DNA from: Klebsiella phage KMI7
Reading direction: 5' to 3' (one strand)
DNA length: 64,000 bases
Sequence record: MN101221.1
Under the pieces are notes generated by a model that ran no database searches, was not told where the DNA came from, and saw only the letters and a list, made by a program, of their open reading frames with translations. A program made the translations under genes and the position numbers. Shown piece by piece: positions 56,562-64,000 of this stretch (the first letter of the stretch is position 1; each line of letters begins with the position of its first letter).

Positions 56562-58375
56562 AACAAGAAATTTTAATAGGTCAGGTTGTAGACGATGGTA
56601 CAGGCGATTACCTGCGTCGAGGTGGTCAAAAGACTAACAGCAACTTTACAGAATTGTATAACATGCTGGGGGATGGTGAGATCCCCCATCCAGCAGGTGC
56701 CTGGAAAACTTTTGCGGGTACGACGCTATCACCAAAATTTGGTGAATCATGGGCGTTGAATACCAGTGCAAACAAAATCACTGTAAACCTCCCGAAAGGC
56801 GGCGTAGGCGATTATAACAAAGTTATTCGTCTGCGTGATGTGTGGTCGCGTTGGGCTACCAACAACGTTAGACTGATCCCCGCAACTGGTGATACTATCA
56901 AAGGTTCCCCAACTCCTAAAGATCTGTTTAAAGATTTTATGGATGTGGAATTGGTGTATTGTTCTCCGGGCCGTTGGGAATACGTCGAAAACAAACAGAT
57001 TGACAAAATCACAACTTCGGATCTGGCAACAGTAGCAAAAGAAACGTATATTGCTACTCAGGGACAAACTGACTTCCCTAACGTATTCGGTGTTGGTAAT
57101 GAATACAACCTGCAATCGTTCGAAGTTTACTATCGCGGTAACTTGCTGTTCATCGATGAGAAAGACGGATTCAATGCTGATAACTCAGACTATGGATCGA
57201 TTGGTTCTGCTCCTGGTGAACTGGTTGCACTTGATGGTAATTCAGTACGTCTTAAAAACCCGTGTAACGCTGGTGACACGCTTCAATTTGTTACCTATCT
57301 AGATGGGTTAGCAACATGGCGATCGAGCTATGAAGCGTATGTGATGCGCATGTATCAGACTGGCGATACTTCTCTGGAAACCGTTCCTGGTGAACAGTGG
57401 GTAGGTGATCTGACAACCAAAAAAGAGTTTACACCTGCTGAATTTGGTGTTAACCCTCGCGTGTTGATTAACCCTAACTCGTTTGAACTGCTTCTCAACG
57501 GTAAACAACTGGTTAAAGGCGGTGACGCTGACTATCCGGCGTTTTCCTGTGAAGGTGCGGAAGGTGTTGATGAAAGTACGTGTGTTGGTAACTCTGGTGT
57601 ATGGGTTCCGTCAGGACAGGATTATAGTTTAGTATTCACTGATTCTGTAGTGACTTCAATCAAGTTTGCTCAGGAACTGGAATCCGGCGACGTTGTAACG
57701 ATCCGTTGGTTTAACAATGATATTGGTACTCTGATGGATTGGGAAGGAACTGGCGGTATTAAAGAAAAAGCTGATAAGGTTTATCTCAATAACGAAGAAG
57801 AAGTTATATTGACGAACCGTATCGAATATACCGATTATAATAACCCTTCTCAGAAAACAATGCGTAATACAGGGGAAACCTATCAGGGACGTATTCTGGA
57901 TATTCAGGCTATGTTTGATATTATCCACCCGATCGGAACCATCTATGAAAACGCACACAACCCGGCAAACCCTGCTGATTATATGGGATTTGGTGGTTGG
58001 AAACGTTACGCAGAAGGTTATTTCCTGGCTGGCTGGACATCAAATGCAGCGGATCCTGATTTCGCATTAAACAATAATGATTTAGATAGTGGTGGTCAAC
58101 CGAGTCATACGGCAGGTGGTACTGGTGGCGATCGTGGTACAGAAATTAAAATCATCAACGTTCCTGAACTTGTATCAAAAGATAAAGTTCTGATTGCTGA
58201 TGAAAATGGTGCTGTGATCATTGGTGGTTGTCAGTTAGATCCTGATGCTTCTGGCCCTGGATACACTAAATACCGTGAGGATACATTGAAAGTGAATCAG
58301 GGTAACACATTACCTGATAAAATCAAAACTATTCCACCGTATATGACTGCACATCGCTGGATAAGGGTTGCATAA
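56558..58375 (+). CDS. 10: baseplate wedge protein gp10
   Basis: 605 aa (T4 gp10 is 602 aa); synteny. Confidence 0.85.
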   Translation: MKQEILIGQVVDDGTGDYLRRGGQKTNSNFTELYNMLGDGEIPHPAGAWKTFAGTTLSPKFGESWALNTSANKITVNLPKGGVGDYNKVIRLRDVWSRWATNNVRLIPATGDTIKGSPTPKDLFKDFMDVELVYCSPGRWEYVENKQIDKITTSDLATVAKETYIATQGQTDFPNVFGVGNEYNLQSFEVYYRGNLLFIDEKDGFNADNSDYGSIGSAPGELVALDGNSVRLKNPCNAGDTLQFVTYLDGLATWRSSYEAYVMRMYQTGDTSLETVPGEQWVGDLTTKKEFTPAEFGVNPRVLINPNSFELLLNGKQLVKGGDADYPAFSCEGAEGVDESTCVGNSGVWVPSGQDYSLVFTDSVVTSIKFAQELESGDVVTIRWFNNDIGTLMDWEGTGGIKEKADKVYLNNEEEVILTNRIEYTDYNNPSQKTMRNTGETYQGRILDIQAMFDIIHPIGTIYENAHNPANPADYMGFGGWKRYAEGYFLAGWTSNAADPDFALNNNDLDSGGQPSHTAGGTGGDRGTEIKIINVPELVSKDKVLIADENGAVIIGGCQLDPDASGPGYTKYREDTLKVNQGNTLPDKIKTIPPYMTAHRWIRVA

Positions 58376-59043
58376 TGGCTTACAACAATATTTCAAAAAC
58401 AAGGGAGGGCGCTCGCGTCCTCTCTAAAGAAGCAGATTACTTACAGTATGATACTTATGGTAAGTTGCCTCTGATCGGCGGTAAACGTTCGATCGGCGAA
58501 CCAAACATTGACCAAACAAAACGCGGTGTTCTGTATGGAAACGTACAATCCGCAATTGATGACCTGTATACGCTTATCGAGCAAATCCCGATTAACGGCG
58601 TTGTTACCATGACTGAGGATGCCCCTCCAATCGCTGTACAGCAGGTTGAGAGCGTTTCTTTTGATGGTATTGTACAGAACATCGATTCAGACCAAGAACA
58701 AGCTGTAGTTCACGTATATGGCTTCCCTTTCATCTTTGATAATGGGACTAACGCCGCAACCGTTTGTGAAACTGCATACAATAAATTTATTGAATTCGTT
58801 GCAGCGGAAAAATATTTCGCAGAAGTTAACCGCAAAGGTGTTGATGGTACGATCCTTGAATGTCGATTTATTGATAGTGTTCCGCACCCGGCAACAAATA
58901 TCTCAGAAAACGGCATTCGTCAAATCGGAACCATCGACGTAGCCGCAAAAAGTGGCTATGGTTCATGGGTTAAATTGGGTTCTGGTTTCTTACCTGATGT
59001 TACTCCGCAAGTAACCGTGTATTACTTCAAACGAATTGCATAA
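58375..59043 (+). CDS. 11: baseplate wedge / short-tail-fibre connector gp11
   Basis: 222 aa (T4 gp11 is 219 aa); synteny. Confidence 0.8.
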   Translation: MAYNNISKTREGARVLSKEADYLQYDTYGKLPLIGGKRSIGEPNIDQTKRGVLYGNVQSAIDDLYTLIEQIPINGVVTMTEDAPPIAVQQVESVSFDGIVQNIDSDQEQAVVHVYGFPFIFDNGTNAATVCETAYNKFIEFVAAEKYFAEVNRKGVDGTILECRFIDSVPHPATNISENGIRQIGTIDVAAKSGYGSWVKLGSGFLPDVTPQVTVYYFKRIA

Positions 59044-59052
59044 GGATAACAC

Positions 59053-60438
59053 ATGAGTAACAATACAATCAACCACGTAAGTGATAAATCCATTTACGTG
59101 ACATTTGACCCAACAGGTACTGATTGGCCTGATACCATAACCAACGTACAAGATGCGTTGGAAAAAATAGGTAGTTGGGCGCGTACTGATACTGGGCTTC
59201 CTATCGCAACAACTTCTGTTCGTGGTATTGCTCAGATCGCAACCGAAGCTGATATTGACGCTGGCACGGATAACACTAAGATTGTTACTCCGAAACTGTT
59301 AGCATACCGTATGCAGAACCCTAAAGCATCACAAACCGTATGGGGTTATACGAAGTATTCGACTGATGCGGAATCTACAACCGTAACTAACGATGCATCG
59401 TCTATTACTCCGCGATCGCTGAACTATGTGTTCAATAACCGCAAAGGTACAGAATCGGTTTGGGGTTCTTCTAAAATTGCTACCACTGCACAGGCGGTTG
59501 CTGGTACAGATAACACTGTAACTATGACTCCGCTTAAAGTCAAGCAAGCGATCGCGTCTCTGGTTCCTGTTCAGTCAAGTGCGACCGAAAGCTCGCAAGG
59601 TTTGGTACAACTGGCAACAGTTGCACAGGTTCAGGCTGGTACGATCCGTGAAGGGTATGCAATTTCACCTTATACGTTTATTCGTTTAACTGCAAATGAA
59701 AGCAACCTGGGCGTTATTCGTATTGCAACACAAGCAGAAGCAAACGCGGGTACTGATGATACAAAAGCAATTACCGCGAGGAAAATGAACAACACTCGCG
59801 CAACAAATGCTCAATTTGGTGTTGTTAAACTTTCAACCACTGTTGGGAATGCTGCAAATACTGCACTTTCTTCAAACGCTGCGGTATTACCTAGTGATCG
59901 AAATGCGATTATTACTGGTTCCGTTTATGAGAATAGCGCAATTTATAACAACAAATATCAGACGTGGACAGATCTTGATTGGCATTTCCCAGTAGGTGCT
60001 ATTGTCATGACTGGTTTCCAGACTGACCACGGTAGTTTGTATATTTGTGATGGTCGCTCACTGAATAAAAATAACTATCCGTTACTTTTTGAGCGTATAG
60101 GTTATACATTTGGTGGTGGCGGTGATTGGTTTAACCTTCCAGATTGTCGAGGCGTTGCAGTACGTGGTCATGACCGTGGACGCGGATTAAACCCTAATCG
60201 TGGGTATGGTACATATGAAGGCGATATGTTGGGTTGGCACGAACACCCATTACAGCTTATCTACCAGAACGGCGGCAACATTCCGAAATGGCAAGCAGTT
60301 TACGAACTGAAAAGCGCCGAGAAGAATGACCAAAGCGCTCGCGTATTTGATGCTTCTATAACTAAAGCTACTGGTGTGGGCGGTGAAGAAACCCGCATGA
60401 AAAACATCGCATTAAACTACGTAATTCGTACTCAATAG
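59053..60438 (+). CDS. 12: short tail fibre gp12
   Basis: 461 aa. Repeated motifs VRGIAQIATEADIDAGTDNTKIVTPKLL, QGLVQLATVAQVQAGT, GVIRIATQAEANAGTDDTKAIT typical of gp12. C-terminal receptor-binding region is shorter than T4 (527 aa). Confidence 0.85.
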   Translation: MSNNTINHVSDKSIYVTFDPTGTDWPDTITNVQDALEKIGSWARTDTGLPIATTSVRGIAQIATEADIDAGTDNTKIVTPKLLAYRMQNPKASQTVWGYTKYSTDAESTTVTNDASSITPRSLNYVFNNRKGTESVWGSSKIATTAQAVAGTDNTVTMTPLKVKQAIASLVPVQSSATESSQGLVQLATVAQVQAGTIREGYAISPYTFIRLTANESNLGVIRIATQAEANAGTDDTKAITARKMNNTRATNAQFGVVKLSTTVGNAANTALSSNAAVLPSDRNAIITGSVYENSAIYNNKYQTWTDLDWHFPVGAIVMTGFQTDHGSLYICDGRSLNKNNYPLLFERIGYTFGGGGDWFNLPDCRGVAVRGHDRGRGLNPNRGYGTYEGDMLGWHEHPLQLIYQNGGNIPKWQAVYELKSAEKNDQSARVFDASITKATGVGGEETRMKNIALNYVIRTQ

Positions 60439-60448
60439 AGGTTATTAA

Positions 60449-62200
60449 ATGATCATCGACAAATTAAATCCGTTGCCGAAGATCCCGTTTGTTGATGGCG
60501 TCCCAGATGACGCCACGACTCAAACGAAGATTCTTTGGATCAAAAACGGTGAAACTCTGGACGGTTCGCCAGATAAAGTGTCAAACACTGGTAGTCTTAA
60601 CCGAACTGGTGTAAACATCCAGCAGAACGCGGTTCAGTTAGAACAAAATACCATCACCCATAATGATAAAATCAACGAAGTAATCGATCAGGTTAACTTG
60701 ATTACTGAAAACATTGATGCTATTGGTGATGAAAGCGTAATCAAAAAAGTTAACCAGTTGGATCAGGATGTTCAGGCATTAACTTTATCTAACACCCAAA
60801 CACAGAACAAGGTAGCACAGTTAACCCTTTCTGTAAATGCTCAAAACGATGAAATTGGTGAATACGATCCAGAAAAGGATCCTAAACACCGCACAATTCG
60901 TAATGATATCATTTACATTAAGAAAGAAGTTGGTTCATATCCTGGATTTAACGTTGATGGTGATGTTGACCCCTCTTCTACTGGTACTGGCCTTAAATAC
61001 CGCGTACTGAGTAACCAACGTGCTATTTCTATGCAGGAAACTCGCATAACCAAACTGGAAGATGATTGGGCGCTTTCCGAAGTAGGACAACTGACAGAAG
61101 AGGTAAAAGAACTTCGTGCTGAAATGGGTGATTCTGGTCTTGCCACAACCCGATCAATCTATGCGCGAATTAAGATCCTTGAGGATGGTTCTGTTGTAAT
61201 GCAAAATGAACTTGATGCGATTAATAGTTATATAGGACGCACGTCAGGTTCAACCAGTTCCATTAACGATCGTGTGAACAGTCTGGAAAACTCCGTTAGT
61301 TCTCTGGCTACACAAATCAACGATCCGGTAACTGGTATCACTGCACAAATTGCAACCATCAATGGTCAAATCGGTACGGTTTCTGTTCAGGGTAGTATCC
61401 GTTATGATATTGCGGAAAACAAACGCAGATTGATGGATATGGAAATGATTCTGGGTGAATCCGGTGATGAAGGATTGCAGGGACAAGTTGCGATCTTAAC
61501 TGGTGACATTGGCGAAGATTCAGATCCTACCAGTATCAAAGGCCGTTTGAGTGTTGTTGAAGGTGAATTACGCACCAACACTAGCGCACTCTGGGAACTG
61601 CAAGGCGTTGTAGGTAACTCTTCTAGTGGCCTCGTTGCAACTAGCCAGCAGGTTAACAAAGAAATCTATGGCGATGGTGTTAGTTCCGATCCTGTTACTC
61701 GCGCTGGTTTGAAAACGACAACCCGCAACCTGTTCACTCAGGTAGGGGATAACGCAGAAGGTAACGAAACGGGCATTTATGCACTGATTGCCGACCTTAA
61801 TAAACGTGTTGAGGATTTAGAAGCGTTGAACATTGCACAGGCACTTGCAGATCGCGTAACTATCGAAGATCTGAATGCTAAACTGGCTCTGTACATCAAA
61901 GAAGCTGACGCTGATCTCCGTTATGAGAGCAAAAACCCGCCTCTGTCATTCGGTACTAACCTAACTGGTGATACTGAATACACTACTGGCGATCCATTGT
62001 CTCTAAGCGTAACTATGACAGGTGGTGTTTCTCCGCTGTCTTATCAGTGGACTAAAAACGGTGTAAACATTGGTACTAATGCTAACACATTTACCATTGA
62101 TTCGCTACAGCCTTCTGATTCCGGAACCTACAAAGTAACGGTAACTGATGCAAGCCATAAAGTCATCGTTTCTGATGAACTGGCGATCACTGTCGCTTAA
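60449..62200 (+). CDS. wac: fibritin (wac) with C-terminal Ig-like domain
   Basis: 583 aa. N-terminus LPKIPFVDGVPDD...ILWIKNGE...LNR matches T4 Wac LPFVDGPP...WIKNGE...MNR. Long coiled-coil middle; last about 90 aa are an I-set Ig-like fold (LSYQWTKNG...DSGTYKVTV), not a foldon. Confidence 0.8.
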   Translation: MIIDKLNPLPKIPFVDGVPDDATTQTKILWIKNGETLDGSPDKVSNTGSLNRTGVNIQQNAVQLEQNTITHNDKINEVIDQVNLITENIDAIGDESVIKKVNQLDQDVQALTLSNTQTQNKVAQLTLSVNAQNDEIGEYDPEKDPKHRTIRNDIIYIKKEVGSYPGFNVDGDVDPSSTGTGLKYRVLSNQRAISMQETRITKLEDDWALSEVGQLTEEVKELRAEMGDSGLATTRSIYARIKILEDGSVVMQNELDAINSYIGRTSGSTSSINDRVNSLENSVSSLATQINDPVTGITAQIATINGQIGTVSVQGSIRYDIAENKRRLMDMEMILGESGDEGLQGQVAILTGDIGEDSDPTSIKGRLSVVEGELRTNTSALWELQGVVGNSSSGLVATSQQVNKEIYGDGVSSDPVTRAGLKTTTRNLFTQVGDNAEGNETGIYALIADLNKRVEDLEALNIAQALADRVTIEDLNAKLALYIKEADADLRYESKNPPLSFGTNLTGDTEYTTGDPLSLSVTMTGGVSPLSYQWTKNGVNIGTNANTFTIDSLQPSDSGTYKVTVTDASHKVIVSDELAITVA

Positions 62201-62208
62201 CGATTAAC

Positions 62209-62230
62209 AAGGGGCTTCGGCCCCTTTTGA
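62209..62230 (+). terminator. hairpin AAGGGGCTTCGGCCCCTTTTGA
   Basis: GC stem with UUCG loop plus T-run after the wac stop. Confidence 0.45.
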
Positions 62231-62238
62231 GGATCTTT

Positions 62239-63165
62239 ATGATTACGAACAACCCAGCACAATTAAAAGATGAAATTCTGCGCCGCTTAGGTGCTCCGAT
62301 CGTCAAAATCGAAGTGACAACAGATCAGGTTTATGACTGCATTCAACGAGCATTAGACCTATATGCAGAATATCATTACAATGGATCTAACAAAGGGTAT
62401 ATCATTCTTACCCTGGGGCCGGATAACCCGAAAAATATTTTCGATCTGAGTAAAGAACACATTTTCGCAATTACTAAAGTGTTGCGTACTAACATGGGTT
62501 CCCTTGTATCGATGGATGGTACTGCGGTTTATCCGTGGTTTACTGATTTCCTGATGGGCCTTACTGGTGGTTCTCTGGGCGGTGGTGGTTGTGCATCACG
62601 TACCTACGGAATGAACGCATATGGCGCGGATATGGGCTATTTTACCCAGATGATGAGCTATCAGCGGTCAATGCAAGATCTCCTGTCTCCGCTTCCGGAT
62701 TACTGGTATAACGACGACACAGGACAGTTTGCAGTATACGGAACTGTTAAAGATGGTGATATTGTTGTTATCGAAGCAATGATCAGATCCTTTGTTGATG
62801 TACCCAGTATGGTCGGTAACGTCGCTGGATACGCTACAGCGGGTTCTGATGGTGAAGATAAGCCAACTATAGCAGATATATACAATAACCCCTACAAAGC
62901 CGTCTCAGGCGGTGTGAAGGCTGGTCAAGGTACAAGCGTTCAGGGTTCATCCTCTGCGTATAACAACCGTTGGGTGAAAGATTACGCAACTGCTCTTGTT
63001 AAAGAGGTAAACGGTCAGGTGCTGGCTAAGTTTCAGGGTATGCAATTGCCTGGTGGTGTTGCTCCGGATGGAACCCGACTGATACAGGAAGCTATGCAAG
63101 AAAAAGAAAACCTCCGTCAAGAACTTCTGTTACTGTCTGATGCACTTCCAGTGTTGATGATGTAA
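62239..63165 (+). CDS. 13: neck protein gp13
   Basis: 308 aa from ATG 62239 with SD GAGG (ORF track uses TTG at 62227); T4 gp13 is 309 aa; synteny. Confidence 0.8.
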   Translation: MITNNPAQLKDEILRRLGAPIVKIEVTTDQVYDCIQRALDLYAEYHYNGSNKGYIILTLGPDNPKNIFDLSKEHIFAITKVLRTNMGSLVSMDGTAVYPWFTDFLMGLTGGSLGGGGCASRTYGMNAYGADMGYFTQMMSYQRSMQDLLSPLPDYWYNDDTGQFAVYGTVKDGDIVVIEAMIRSFVDVPSMVGNVAGYATAGSDGEDKPTIADIYNNPYKAVSGGVKAGQGTSVQGSSSAYNNRWVKDYATALVKEVNGQVLAKFQGMQLPGGVAPDGTRLIQEAMQEKENLRQELLLLSDALPVLMM

Positions 63166-63174
63166 GGAGGAAAA

Positions 63175-63921
63175 ATGCAAAATTGGGATGAAAGTCTGTT
63201 TGCACAGTTAGAAGATGGTTCCGGCGTCGATCGGAACCTAAGACAAGAAGTAACAAACCCGTATGTTAACTGGTACAAGTATAACCCTACTCAACAGTTA
63301 CATGATTCACTAACAGCCGAAGCAATTCAAATGAAATCTCCGGATATGTATTACGTCCGTCGAGAATTTGTTAATATTGATAAAATTTTGGGTGAAGACC
63401 GTGAATCAAAGTTTACAAAATCGTGGAAAATTGCAGCATACATCGATTCGTATGCAAACTACGAAGGGCAGAGAGACTTTTACAGCAAATTCGGTATGAT
63501 GTCAAACGATGAAATGACACTTGTGATCAATCCTCGTTTATTTGCACATCAAACTGATGGCGGGATCCCTGTTCTAGGAGATTTGATTTATTTCCCTATG
63601 GATAACAGCCTGTTTGAAATTACATGGATTGAGTTTGACCCGTTCTTCCAGTTCGGCGATCGTCCTCAACGTAAAATCAACCTCGTTAAATTTATCTATA
63701 CTGGTGAAGAATTGGATCCTAAACTGCAACGAAATGAAGGGATTAACCTTGCTCCCGATGCTGATCTGGATCTCGAACCTATTCGAAATCTTGATGGGTT
63801 GGCGGATACCAATATTGAACAATACGAAGAAGATCAAGCCTTTGAAGATGAAGGTGATGAATTCATTGAATCGTTTGATGTTGTTAACGGGCGCGGATCA
63901 CCGTTCGCACAGTTCCCATAA
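63175..63921 (+). CDS. 14: neck protein gp14
   Basis: 248 aa (T4 gp14 is 256 aa); SD GGAGGAAAAATG; synteny. Confidence 0.8.
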   Translation: MQNWDESLFAQLEDGSGVDRNLRQEVTNPYVNWYKYNPTQQLHDSLTAEAIQMKSPDMYYVRREFVNIDKILGEDRESKFTKSWKIAAYIDSYANYEGQRDFYSKFGMMSNDEMTLVINPRLFAHQTDGGIPVLGDLIYFPMDNSLFEITWIEFDPFFQFGDRPQRKINLVKFIYTGEELDPKLQRNEGINLAPDADLDLEPIRNLDGLADTNIEQYEEDQAFEDEGDEFIESFDVVNGRGSPFAQFP

Positions 63922-64000
63922 ATATAACCAGGGGAAACCCTATACATGTAGGGTATAGGATAAATCTTATACCCGCTTTAACCCATACAGGAAAAAGAAA

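Noticed and set aside
62227-62238. ORF-track starts using TTG/GTG (for example 62227 for gp13, 42790 for the lysine-rich gene, 22084 for the ORF after the J-domain gene)
   Set aside because: In each case an in-frame ATG with a proper Shine-Dalgarno lies a few codons downstream (62239, 42811, 22186). The alternative-start extensions are artefacts of the ORF caller.
1-64000. CRISPR arrays, tRNA or rRNA genes
   Set aside because: No regularly spaced direct repeats with unique spacers, no cloverleaf-compatible 70-90-nt segments in intergenic regions, and no rRNA-like conserved stretches were seen. Intergenic space is almost entirely short hairpins and AT-rich promoters.

Overview
This window is a contiguous segment of a T4-like (Tevenvirinae/Straboviridae-type) myovirus genome. 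All gene calls rest on reading the translated ORFs against remembered T4 proteins; no database search was possible.

Positions 1-16.5 kb are a minus-strand replication/recombination module in this order: primase gp61 (partial), small accessory ORFs including a DNA N6-adenine methyltransferase and membrane peptides, helicase gp41, a gp40-like ORF, UvsX, DNA polymerase gp43, RegA, clamp loader gp62/gp44, sliding clamp gp45, gp32, helicase loader gp59, two small ORFs and RNase H. Unlike T4, the 32-59-rnh block sits next to gene 45. Genes 42, beta-gt and alpha-gt are missing from their T4 positions, which suggests no glucosyl-hmC pathway is encoded here.

A GATC-rich, AT-rich divergent promoter island at 16.47-16.77 kb drives plus-strand gp55, gp47 and gp46. 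A freestanding HNH homing endonuclease with three zinc-ribbon repeats follows on the minus strand.

Positions 21.6-40.9 kb are a hyperplastic accessory region of about 60 tightly packed, mostly minus-strand small ORFs. Recognisable members are:
- a J-domain protein with an HPD motif;
- two small proteins with DnaJ-type CxxCxGxG zinc-finger repeats;
- a secreted lytic transglycosylase;
- a PIN-PhoH fusion ATPase;
- an M15 peptidase that is a candidate endolysin;
- a lipoprotein;
- a large Fe-S (radical-SAM/SPASM-like) protein;
- a DUF262/ParB-like protein translationally coupled to a 304-aa partner;
- a Nudix hydrolase;
- an Acb1/57B-like 2H phosphoesterase followed by gp57A-like, gp1 (dNMP kinase) and gp3.

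This region carries repeated intergenic cassettes: a near-identical hairpin element in three copies plus one divergent copy, and a conserved CGAAACGAAAC leader.

A second GATC-rich promoter island at 42.44-42.81 kb drives an inserted plus-strand lysine-rich gene between genes 3 and 2. The plus-strand baseplate/neck module follows from 45.2 kb: gp53, gp5 (hub plus lysozyme), an unusual 688-aa protein where T4 has 5.1-5.4/PAAR, then gp6, gp7, gp8, gp9, gp10, gp11, gp12, fibritin carrying a C-terminal Ig-like domain, gp13 and gp14.

No tRNA, rRNA or CRISPR features were seen.
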